Shown here: piece by piece, positions 26,508 to 38,624 of the stretch
Numbering within the stretch: the stretch's first letter is position 1
How the letters are laid out: each line of letters begins with the position of its first letter
From: Lingula anatina
Lineage: Eukaryota > Animalia > Brachiopoda
DNA length: 64,000 bases
NCBI GenBank assembly: GCA_051362555.1
Contig: CM120641.1
Coordinates: forward strand, 39,190,401-39,254,400
Reading direction: 5' to 3'
The notes under the pieces: model-generated
The model's database searches: none
What the model was told of the DNA's origin: nothing
What the model saw: the letters and a program-made list of their open reading frames with translations, nothing else
Program-made: the position numbers and the translations under genes

Positions 26508-29500
26508 GATTAACCCCACCAATCGAGACATTCTGAAAAAAATTACTTTTACAGCAAGTTGATTTTCAAAATCACAGCAATGATGTGTATGTTTTCCAGA
26601 TGTCAATGTAGTGTATGAGCATGGTTTACCTGTGATATCAGTTCCAATGCCATCCAGACAAGAGTTGTGCCGCTTCCCTCTGAAGCCAGTGAGCAGTACA
26701 GTAGGAGACTTCATTGATGCTGTACAGGAGGAGGATGGGGGGATTGACAGGGCAGCACTGTATACCTCAGGTAATTTTGAATTAAAGATTTAAATTTTTT
26801 TCCATTTGAAGTAGTCTTCATGGCAATTTAAGAAGGACAAAGCAAAGCTGGAAATCATGGCACACTCTTGGAAGTATGAAATTAAAACTGTAGATGTTGC
26901 ACTAACACTCATCAAAAAATATTATTTTGAAATAAAATCTGTCTAGGAATAAACATATGAAATGATCTTGCTTTTTATTGGAGACTGCCACATGTCATGT
27001 AAAAGTCAGTTTAGCCTCATGTAAATCATGTTTTGTAGATAGGAGTTGCACAAACTAAAATATAAAAAACAAATTGGAATGTTTTATGAAAATATGGTTA
27101 TATGGATTCAGAAACTCTGGAAGTTATGGGTTTCTAAATGAAATGATTGCCCATAGATTGATTTCAGCATTTATCATAAATTCACTTAAGCAGATCGAGA
27201 GGGAGTTTTGATTTTCGTTTTGTGAAAGCTTTCTGGCACCAGTCTACTTGGCTATTATTCAGGTCATATTTCCCTGCTTTAACTTGCTCAAAGCTGTCAA
27301 CTTGCGCTGTATCTCTCAGGTTTATAGCCCAAGATTTAGCCATGTTTTATTTCATGTCAAATCCCTCATTCAGAAGCTATCAATTTATGGTATACACTAT
27401 CGATTGGGTTACTCATGAGATCAGTTCCAGGAGCGAATTTACATTTGCCTAAATTAACAGCACAGAATCATGCTGGTTTTGAGTTTATTCTTTTTGCTTG
27501 CTTGATGTTCCTTTCATAATGAGATGGAAATTTCATTGTATAGTTTCTTCAATGGAAACAGTATTTAGCTACTGTAGGAATAACTAGCTATAGTTATATG
27601 CTAGATAAAAAGGTTTTCTTGCATTGTCATAAGTGTCAGGTTAACACATAGCCGAAAATGTAGTCAGAAATAGTACTTTTGAAAGGGTTTCTTTATGTGA
27701 GAAAGAAAAATTCAATTTATGTTATTTTTGTACATGTGCAATGAAAGTAATTTTATATATGTGACAGTCAACCTCAACCATTTCCTGAAAATAATGAGTA
27801 TATTTACGGCAGCCTCCAAATAATCAATAAAAGGCTATTTAACTGTTTTAGCATATTTCGCCCTCTGCAAAAGTTGTCTTCTATCTTTTTACAAATAAGC
27901 AATATCCATCACATGATCTATTAGTTCTGGACTGTTTGCTTGTTTATACCTCACATCAAGAGCAAGAAAATAGGCATTGGCACTTCACCTAAACAGTCCT
28001 AATTGTAATTTTAATTTTTAACCAATATCAATGAAAATTCATTTAAACAAGCAAGGATATAGGTAATCAAAATTGTTTACAAGGGAGAGAAGATGGTATG
28101 GAAACGAAATTACTGTAAAATAGTTAAAACATGGGTAAACTATATATTTCCTTCCAATCAATATGTCACAATTCTGTTATTTGTCATCATTCAGTACTAC
28201 ATATGCTTTTCATTGATGTATTTATTGGCAGCTGATAAATGGTTCCCCAGAGGACATTACCCTGATGAGACATTTTCCCTGTCATTTCAGATGGAACAAG
28301 GATAGCCAGGGCAACCACTATTGATGTCTTGATGAGGTCACCCTTTAAGTTAATGATAAATGATTTGACCTATGAAGTAGAACCACCAGAATTAAGTAAG
28401 TGCTACTTCAATAATTAAAAATACCACATTCCATTTTTCTCTGATAGTATTTTAAGAAAACTTGCATAGTGAAAAATATTTTTTTTAAATAGAATAGACA
28501 TTACTTAACACTTAATGTTTTTATTATACAAATAACTGACTTTGTTTGACCAAAACTTAAGACAGAAAAATAGTTTATATCTTTTGTTTGCAGTATTTGA
28601 AAGAGATCAGTAATATAAAATCTTTTTTATATAACAGGTGATATTCCAAGTGAAGATCTTACTAAACTAGCCGATGCCAAACACCTTATAGCACAACTTT
28701 ACTCTACTCTGAACATACAAGACTACCAAGTACAAAAAGAAAAAGAACTACTGCAGAAATTGGAAGATTTGAAAACAGAGATACAGCCTCTAGAAAATGT
28801 AAAGTTTGGTTTTGCCTTTATTTTCAATATCAGTAGAAATGTGTTTCAAGCATACTGGCATCACTAACTTTGAAATGTAGCCTGATAAAGTGGGTTGAAC
28901 AATATTTCTCTCTAAAAGTGCATTAGAGCTCTGTGGATGTAGAAATTGCCAGAATTTCTTTTCCTAACAATTTGTGTCATGCAATCTAAACATTTACATT
29001 TTTTTTTTTGTTTTTTTTTATCCACCACATCTTTTTCTATCAATACAGTACACCAAATTGTTTTAATTCATGCAATTTCAGATGAAGCTTGAAATAATGG
29101 CCAGAGCTGAGAGTCAGACTAACCGGATGAGCTGGGGTTTGCTGATGTATATGGGGCTTCAGTTTGGGTTTCTGGCCAGGCTGACTTGGTGGGAGTATTC
29201 CTGGGACATCATTGAACCTGTCACATATTTTGTCACCTATGGCACAGCTATAGTCTTCTATGCATATTATGTTGCTACAAAACAGGTAAGGGTGTGATTT
29301 ATCTTCTAGACAAAGCCTGTGGAATTTATTACAGGTGTGTCTAATTTTAGTTTCCACATTTCTGCTTAGCAGTTTATGTTTTCACCTCCATTTGTCTGCT
29401 ATTCCATTTTTCACAAGCTTAACTCAGTATGTTTTGGATGTGTTTTAAAGAAATTATCAGGATATGTCACAAATGGACTAACTTGAGAGTGATAGATTTT

Positions 29501-29824
29501 GGTGATGATGTATTAATAAATAAATTATGTAACTGCCCATTTGAATTGACTTAAAAATTTTAAATCACAACAACCAACCTAGCACAAGTATCAGAAATAC
29601 AGCATATCTGTCTATTTCTTCAGGAATATAATGTAGGAGAAATGTACAATAGGCAGAGGTTGCTTTCATTTCACAAGGATGCAGGGAAGAAACAGTTTGA
29701 TGTGGAAAAGTATAACAAACTACGTAAAGCCATTTTACAGGCAGAATTGGACATTGAAAGGTTACGAGATCCTCTCCAGTTACAGTTACCTATTCCAACA
29801 TTGGAAGCTAAAAGGGAAGAGTGA
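20186..29824 (+). CDS. MCU: Mitochondrial calcium uniporter, 7 coding exons, 334 aa
   Basis: Exons 20186-20272, 23961-24036, 26600-26770, 28291-28395, 28638-28798, 29082-29285, 29624-29824 (1005 nt, phase-consistent). N-terminus [15 protein letters not shown] looks like a presequence. N-terminal domain [18 protein letters not shown]...GIDR. Pore region [25 protein letters not shown]-terminus FDVEKYNKL...[11 protein letters not shown]. Exons 1-2 are less certain than exons 3-7. Confidence 0.95.
26468..26504. repeat. (GT)n microsatellite
   Basis: Perfect dinucleotide run in MCU intron 2. Confidence 0.95.
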
Positions 29825-31944
29825 AGCTCGATGTCCTCAGCCTTACCTCTAGTTCTAGGTCAGCTTCTGTTTTTAGATGCAGGGTTGAACCATAAAGCAC
29901 CACGTTTTTTTATTCTAAAGGTTTGTATAAAATTTTGCAAATTAAAACATTGGCACTTATAAAAGAAACTGGCTGTATATGTTACACATAATAAAAGGAT
30001 AATTTGTACCTGTTAAATGTTTCATCTGTTTTGGAAAGAATTGTCATTTTTATTGAGGTATTTTCATTTTCCTGTATATAAATTCAGACAATATTAAATT
30101 TAACCCATATTCAGCTGAATGAGGGATGGAATAAAGGGAATACAAAATTTTGAAGTTATTATCCACAAATTATTTAATGCCAACTCCTTTCATAAACATT
30201 GAGCAAAGGACATATTTTCAGCTTTGAATGTGAAATTGCACAAATTTACCTTTAATACTAAAGGGCAAGTTTGTTCAATACTATTCATCAGTGTAATATT
30301 AGTGCTGGAACAAAGGCGTTATCATTAGAAATATGTTTTAGTAACCCCATGATAGATATTTCCCCATACCCTCTATTTAATTTCAAATAAAGAATATTCT
30401 TAAAAATGCTTATGACTTAAGTGTGACGGCTTAGAGCTTTTAGCTAGATATAAATCAAAGAAGTTGTTCAAGATATGATACACTGTGATGAGAAATATTG
30501 ACATTTACTTATCATAACGTGTAGCTTACATATTTGTATAGTAAGTCAGTGTATCTATTTTTCCTAATGACTGAATTCATGCTGATTGTAATTGGTTTTC
30601 TCATTAATTGTATTACTATACTCAAGGCAGTTTTTGTAATTGGTTTAATTTGAACAATAACTCATTGCAGTTAATGTTTTGGTTGATACATGTTCCTATT
30701 ACTGTGACAATTACAACAGTATGTTATTCTGTTTTAGGTTAGTTCAGAAACACATTTCTAATCTGTACATTGAGGATGAAGCAGTGCTTAAAATGTGATT
30801 AATATATATCTTGGCAGTGCCTTGAATGGGGTATAGGCTTCTGGCACTATGACATCTCTATATTTGATATATTTTTTCTGGGTGAACTGCTTGAGGAATA
30901 AAGTTGTATTTGGGTAGTAAGTGATACTTCACAGTAGTTGTGTTTTGCTACAGTGGTGATGAGTAAATTTGTTGCAATTTTTTTCATAATTCTTTCCCCT
31001 AAATTTTAACTATAGCCCTTAAAATGCTCTTGCTGTAACTGTAAGTGGACATATGTCATATATCACCAGAATTTTGTGGTATAAAGCCATTTTCACACAC
31101 AAATTCTCCAGTTACAAGTGCAATGCATACATGTTTTTGTAATTTACTTCAGACCTTTTTAGATGTGTTACATTAGTGTAAATTAAACATTTCCTATGCC
31201 AACATACTCCTTTTCCCCCAAGTGTTAAAGAGTTATGTTGCAGACATATTTCCAAGTTATTATCTTTATCAAGTGTGGAACTTTTTTTGAAATGTCGACA
31301 TCAGCTGCTTTAAGCCTACCTCAAAATGCTTTACTTGTGACGCAATATTATTTGAAATTGTTCTCCCATTTTGTTATTTTAGATAGAAGATAGAGATTTA
31401 AACAATGAAATTAGTTTATATTTGCTTTTATGAATTTCTTTGAACAAGAAAATGTTTGAAAGTGATGTCTGCTAAACTCTTGTAATGAGGTTCAAGGTTC
31501 AGTAGTTACATATCTTGGAAAGGGGGGGGGGGGGTAGTTTCTTCTGTGTGTCAAAATTGTAAATATAGTTGCCAGTACACCACCTTTCCCTCTTCTCAGG
31601 TAAGTGGTGACATAAAACTAGTTTCTTATGCATGAATCTTCCAGTCTTTTCAATTACATTGCAGATCTGAAGAATATTTTTAAAAAATAAGTTGTTTAAG
31701 CCCAAGTTGAAACTCATACAACAGAATACTGGATTTACTTGTAACTAAATAAGTTGTGTAATTACAGGTTGTTAGGAGTTATTTTGTTTAGAATTATCTA
31801 AGGAGTTAAAGCCATAAACTCAGTTTCAAACCATTTCTTAATATTTCTAAAAAATTGGAATTCTAAAAACTCTGAAATTAACCAATGATTTTGGAGAATT
31901 GAACAAAAAAGTACATCACAGAAACCTGTGCTGAGTATCACTTT

Positions 31945-31946
<2 letters not shown>

Positions 31947-31987
<41 letters not shown>
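31947..31987. repeat. (TA)n microsatellite
   Basis: Perfect run in the presumed MCU 3' UTR. Confidence 0.95.
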
Positions 31988-32273
31988 TGTGAAATAAGTG
32001 CCAGTAAAGACGATGGTGCCTCCAAACTAAGACCAGTGTTTTACAAAAGTATTTTAGTGCACTATAATTAAAGTGTTCTAAGAGTAATTGGAATTTATTA
32101 CCTCTAATGATGGTGGGTTTTATAATAACAGCATATTTGGTTCTTGTGCATGTTAGGGAATTACACTTGTAAATTTTTTACACTCCAGTTTTCGTATGTA
32201 TTTCTTGAATGCATTGTTGTAATTTTTACATATAATGTTAGAATTATTGTTTGTACTTTATAAAGAATTGATT

Positions 32274-32279
32274 AATAAA
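32274..32279 (+). terminator. Candidate MCU polyadenylation signal AATAAA
   Basis: AATAAA ends a long T-rich plus-strand tract. Just downstream the strand bias switches to A-rich, consistent with the SAMD8 3' UTR on the opposite strand. Confidence 0.4.
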
Positions 32280-32874
32280 ACAGTAATCCTTTTTCTATAA
32301 CTTACACTTGCAATTTGATTACCAACCCAAATTGGCTTTATGCTGTAACACAAAAAAATATTAAATTTGACAAAACATTTTGAATAAGATTTGTACATTT
32401 GCTATTTTGTTGAATAAACAACACTTTACCATAGTCTCACATAATATTCAGATATCCACTGTAATTTTCAGACTTAATTGCAATTAATTTCATGAAGAAA
32501 ACTAAAGTATACCATAAAATATTGAAAAGAAAATACTGATAAAACTTGGAACATTTTCCTATGCAAAAATTCATAGCTAAACCTGTAAAGAAAACTTGAA
32601 ATCGATACTGGTATCATTGCATTGCTTATATCCCACATAGTACCAAGTAAGAAAAAAGAATGTGAAAAAAAACTTCTCGAAACCACAGAAGAGGTTCTTA
32701 CTATGTTGGTCAAAATTTTGTCAAAAATGACATCACTATTCTAAGTTATAATTGTACTGATATACAGTTTAATTTATTTAAGTTTAGCTTTCATGAGACA
32801 AAACAAAAAATAGCCTTATAGGGTTTTGGATTTTTTATCCATGAATTTTCTATTTGAATAAAAACATAGACTAA

Positions 32875-33089
32875 AACCGCATTCCCACAGATTTTAGATT
32901 GATCTATCCCCATTGGGAGTCTCGCTAGATTACTGTCAGCTTAGCCGGCTTTAATGTCTGTCCCGGCTACTAAAAGCTGTAAGGGGGTAATTAATTTCTG
33001 TGCGCACTCGGCTGACAGCAATTTAGCATGAACCCCCAGGGAGTTAGGTCGATCCAGATGGATCGATCTAAATCTGTGGGAATGCAGTC
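32875..33089. mobile_element. PIF/Harbinger-type MITE
   Basis: TIRs AACCGCATTCCCACAGATTTTAGATTGATC / GATCGATCTAAATCTGTGGGAATGCAGTC. TAA TSD at 32872-32874 and 33090-33092. Inner inverted repeat gctagattactgtcagc / gctgacagcaatttagc. Confidence 0.85.
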
Positions 33090-34229
33090 TAAGATTACCC
33101 TAGATATCTGGAAATGGGACAGGCATGGTGATAGTAGAGGGGTTTCTCCAGTGTTCTCTGCAAACTAATACTGGGTTAAATCCCCAAATGTTTATAAGTT
33201 TAATTTTGAGAGCATTGAAATACAATGTGAATAAACTGACAGAAAACCTCAAACCACTTTGATTTTCTAAAACAAATAACCTTACAGGTTACACATATAT
33301 TTGTAGCACCAAATCATCTGATTTCAAAAGTACTATTATAGATTGTGCATTTATACTATACATGTGAAATAAGGCACTGTGATTTGACAATTCACCAGTA
33401 TATAATTGTAAAATGTTCTTCAGCTTGAAATATTTCGATGCACCATATATTAGTACATGAAGACCTCTTAGAACAATTCTTTCTTAAAAAAACAATATAA
33501 TATATAGTATCACATATATTAATATTGTGTCATTTATTTCAAGTCCGACAAAAACAGTGAGCATAAAGGGCCAGACTCAACAGAGATCCAAACCTTACAA
33601 ACAATAAAAAACCTTAATCAGGGCTCCGACATAAAATACCGTGAGGTAAGAAATCGGCCTAATTCCCACCTCAGCCCTTTAGTGTTGTCTTATTAAGTAT
33701 ACATTACTAAGTGACAGCAATCAAGACAGTTAATTGTTCTGATCTTAATTGAGAAAAATACAAACAAACATTTTACACTGGACTAAATAAAAAATTCAAC
33801 ATATATACGTACACATAAGAATAGGTCACCAATAGCTGGTGTTTAGTAAATACAGATGTTGATCTCCCAACCACAAGGAATTATAGGGTAGTCTGGTTGT
33901 TATCATGGCAAAAACATAAAAATTAATAGATGGACAACACAGGACGATTCAATACTTTACTGACCTCCTTTTGATTGAAACTTTAAGGTTAAATGGAAGG
34001 AATAGTTGCAAATACAATCAAAATTATCAAAAGAAGATATTTCTCCTACAAAACATAACATAAGTCCCATCCCTTACCAAATGGAGGAAAGATTGATCTT
34101 GGGCCCATAGATTTACTATAAAATATTTCAAAGTGCACTATACTTTAAAAAATGTCCTATATTCACTCATGAGTATTTAATTTTCTTTGTAAAATGTTTT
34201 TTACCACAGTACATGTAGCACATAAGAGA

Positions 34230-37200
34230 CTATTTCAAATGCAGTTTCTGTTTATATTTTTTCTTAGCGAATGCCTCTCTTAAGAACTTCGGCCAAGAAA
34301 ATGGCCATTCATAATCATTTGGAATGACACCATCAACCTTTGACTCAAAGAAAAAGAAAAGTGGGAACCAAGCCTTGGCCCTCTTTCTGTCATGACGCAT
34401 TACGTTGGCATTGTTGGCAAGAGTATGGTAATAAAGGAACAGCCTTGAAGCAATATAAAAGGCAAAGAACACATCAATAGAGTAGTGTTCATGAGCAGCT
34501 AAAATAAAGAAAAGTCCAAACAGATTGAGTACCCAAGTGAATGTGTGAAGATACACAAAGTTCCTTGGAGTATCTGAAAAAGAGCAAAGAAAGGCCTTCA
34601 GTGTCACATATTCCTGCAATTCACACATTTATGACGAAAAAATTATAATAACAATAAGAATAGCATTGAATACTCTATATAGATTACCATTTTATATTGT
34701 GTTATTACCCTTCTCAACATACGATGACCGAGATAACAGCAAATATATGTATATCACCATTAAGATGACTTCAATTCTTAAGCATACAAATTATTTTATA
34801 CCACTTACATTCAGTAATGAAGAAATTAAACAGCGTCAGCCACACAGTGTGTCCACTAAACATATAATCTCCACAGGTGCGAACTCCTTGCAGTGACATG
34901 CCCATGCCTCTCCAAATCTCAAATGCCCTTTCAAATCTAGCAGACCATGTGCGGTAGGGCTGATGAAATTAAAAGCAAATCATAAAACAAGATAAATACA
35001 ATATTTCCAATATAGTGTGGGTAAGTTATATATATTCAAAATTTGTTTCAATTTAAACTTGTCAACTTTGATTTTTTTTTTTTTTTTGAATCTCAAGTGT
35101 TATGTGTTGTTCAAACACAATCAAACTGCTGTCATGTTAGCACATAAGGTTTATGTGCAAGCCTCATATACATGGATAAGAAATAGTTGTAATTTAATTT
35201 TTAATAATTCAAGTTCAATAAAATTCCACAGACAAGAAGTATATTGAATACTGTTAACAAAAATTACATTTAAGAATAAATAAAAGACAAATTCTGAGAT
35301 TTTTTTTTTCAGACTTGTTAAAACTTTTTCCCGAAGTACTTGCAGGTGTTTCAAAATTGTTAGAAAACAAAATAATGCAAATGCAGACTTCAAATGAAGC
35401 CTTCAGTTTGAGAATAAAGTCAATTTCATGAATCTCGTGAAAATATGCGAGACAGGAAAAATCTATTTGAAAGCAGATGATGCATACATATACTTTGACC
35501 ATGTTATCAAACCTACATTGCACCTAACAAAGAAATGTGTGAGAGTACAATAATTTGTTTTCATATAATGAAATGATGCCAATGGATAAAATAAAAAATG
35601 GAGACAGGTTGTAAGAGTATATAACTTAGTTTATTAAGAATGAATACACACACAAAGAGAAGTTCGTGCAAAAAAAATGAATGATCTGAACAGAACAGAA
35701 CATTTCACAAAACAAAAAGGAGAATAAAAAAAATTAATAACATGCAAGTATAAAATGATTTGTCAGCTTACCCTGAACTATCTTTTCTGTTCCTATATTT
35801 GCCTTTTTTTAATCACAATTCCTGGTCACAAATACTGTCGTGATTTTTGTTCTTAAACACATGCCAGAAAAATATCACCCCTTTCCTCATCCTTGAGATA
35901 ACTGGCATGCTTATCTCAGACATGAGCCTAGGTTTAAAAAAAACCTCGGAACATTTATCATGGGAGATCCTGACGAATCTTAGGAACCATCAGAATTAAA
36001 AAAAGAACATGGAATTCCGCTTTTCCACAAAAAAAGCTTGTGTCTGTCATCTAGGATGGTATTAATACCTTTTTCTCCATTCCAACAAAATAAAATAAAT
36101 TTGTCAAAAGGATAATTTTTGTTATTAATATCAATCAACTCCTACCTGAGCCTGACATTCCAGGTGTATTCCTGGTACTGAAAGTGAGGTGATCAACATT
36201 GTAACACACCTGAGCAAGAAGATGGTCCCAGCCAAAGAAAACATCCTTCTCAGAATGATAAACCTGCAAGCAAAAGTTCACACATTACTGCTTTCATGTT
36301 ACAATTGGCAGGAATTAAGACTTCAGACAATACTTGCTGTGAATTTATCTTTAATACAAAAGTCTAAAATCATGTTGGTTTGATGAATAATAGAAAACCA
36401 TAAGCTATTTAAAGCATAATGCTCTCATTTGACATACCATCTTGCTGTATCCACATTACAAATTATTTTCAAATAATGGCTTATCTTTACTTCTGATAGC
36501 TCAAATTAAAATATATACAAAATCATTTTGTTCTGTTGTAATATTAAAGTTTTAAGATATCACATCACACCAAATCTAGTCTGACAATCTCTTTTCTAAG
36601 CCAACATCAGGATAAAGTTTACATTAATTATTATTTTTATAATTCACTATTCTATTCAAATGTTACAATTTCATGTAAGTAATTTTGTGAAATTCAATGA
36701 ACGTTTACCTGTACTTGTGGAAGAAGAGAGTGATGACCCAAATTGTTCCCAGGATCAGCCCACATAGTTCGCAAGCTTCAAAAGCCCAAGGCATAAATGG
36801 AACGTTATCCAAGATCAGATCTGGAAGGGGCGGATATTTGTGCTTGTCAGGCACACGATCATGAACAATAACCATGACAAAAGATGTGACCAGGAACACA
36901 GTGAAAACATAGAAAAAGGCAAGAAGTGTCTTGAAAAGTTCTGGGTCTAATAATGTACTTATTGGTCCAAAGTTTTCAACAGACACATCAGATTCCACTG
37001 ATGAAGCACTTAGAGATCGGTTGACCCTTTTTGGTACACTTTCACTTGATTTACACCAGTATTCATAAGAGTCAGAACTCTGTTTCAAATTTTCTAACTC
37101 TATATCTTCAGATGTGACATGGTATTTATTCTTCTTCCTCAGCTCTTGGATACAGTGACCAAGTCTTTTAATGTGTCCCAAAATCTGCATCTGCAATGGC

Positions 37201-37349
37201 CATTCTTTGAGATCGGTTTCTGTCAGTCTTAGGAGGGCTGGGCCATCTATATCATGCTTGTTACATAAAAGGTCTATGTACTCTGCAAAGCCATTGTCTT
37301 TCAGCCACTGTCCAACTTCTTTTGTTGTCCACAGGTCTGGTCTTGTCAT
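34230..37349 (-). CDS. SAMD8: Sphingomyelin synthase-related protein (SMSr, ceramide phosphoethanolamine synthase), 4 coding exons, 417 aa
   Basis: Exons 36709-37349, 36146-36263, 34809-34959, 34230-34573 (1254 nt). N-terminal SAM domain ([10 protein letters not shown]...IDGPALLRL...ILGHIKRL). Motifs HDRVPD...[38 protein letters not shown]. Confidence 0.97.
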
Positions 37350-37860
37350 GGTTACTGTAAAGAGTTGAAAAAATAATAAAATGAATACAACACATAGATA
37401 TATAAATCATTAAGTCTGCCTATCCTCTGGAGTAAGAGAGCAGTGTGCCATTCCTTGTAAAATGATTAAGTGGCAATACTGGGTACAATACACAAAAGAA
37501 TTAAAATAAATTTCACGGGAAATATCAGAGAAAGTGGCAAAATACAAAAACCCAATTCCAATCACGGGTAATGTTTTGGTGCTCTTTTACTCTTCTATTT
37601 AGCATTAATTCTAAGCACTTGCAACAAACGCTAAAACAAAACTGCCCGTCTTGTTCACTAAAGCGGGCTGGTTCTAAAGTTCACTTTTCTCTATAGTTGT
37701 TTGTAATCGTATCATGATGCACGATTGCGTTAGTAGAGATTCAGACATGCCGGTTCCAGCTATTACTGACGCTCGTAAATGTCTTTTTGTGATAATAAAG
37801 TGCATACAAGTAGCCAGCAGCCCATTATTACCATAAAAACAATATATTTCAAAAACTAAC

Positions 37861-38199
37861 CTTCGCTAATTCTTAATTAGATTCCTTTTTTCAAGGCCAC
37901 ACTGGTTAAGAGAGCAAACATGTGTCATTTCAATCTTAGCCAGCACATGTCAGAAAATCAAGGAAGGAGGCAGCCATTGTGAATACGGAATGATGGTAAA
38001 ATATTTCGAAGGGGAAAAAAATTAACAAAATAAATTTGATTTACTAAATTTTTTATTTCAAGATTATACTTTGATATTTTTAAATAATAAGTATGTTATA
38101 AGTTATTCTTTAATAGTTTTGAACTAAGGACTCCGTGGAAAACAGCTAGCCAACCTGTACATAGAGGTCACTTGCGAAGGTCTTCTTGACAGAGGAAAC
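37861..38199. promoter_or_regulatory. Divergent non-coding first exons and shared promoter of SAMD8 and VDAC
   Basis: Minus-strand donor AAG|GTTAGT at 37861 and plus-strand donor AAC|GTGAGT at 38199/38200. Both coding ATGs sit just after acceptors (37354 and 38617). AT-rich core at about 38010-38120. YY1-like ATGGC motifs at 37973-37979 (-) and 38369-38377 (+). Confidence 0.6.
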
Positions 38200-38624
38200 G
38201 TGAGTACTCCGAATTCTATGGATTAATGTATTGTTTGCATAAATGCAAAAACATCTGTGTTTCTTATGCATGTTTACTTTAATGTATCTTTACGTTTGTA
38301 ATGTTACATGTTGTCATTTCCTCAGTGTTGCGATTTTCAATGAGAGGGCAGCCCTTGCAATTCTTATAAAAATGGCGTCTGCACGATTAGTCAATAGCAA
38401 ACCTCCACTGCCATGATGCAAATAACGCCAACGTTGCATGCGTTGTTACTATAAGTTTCACTTCATACCATGCTGTCATTTAGAGATAGTCTAAAACGCT
38501 GATCAACAACACGTATATAGATTTGACACCTAGCCGAACAAATCGGGAGGACGTGATCTTCTGTCACACCTCTCTCTATATATGAGTTATTGTATTGATA
38601 AAATTTTATCTTGTAGATTTCATC

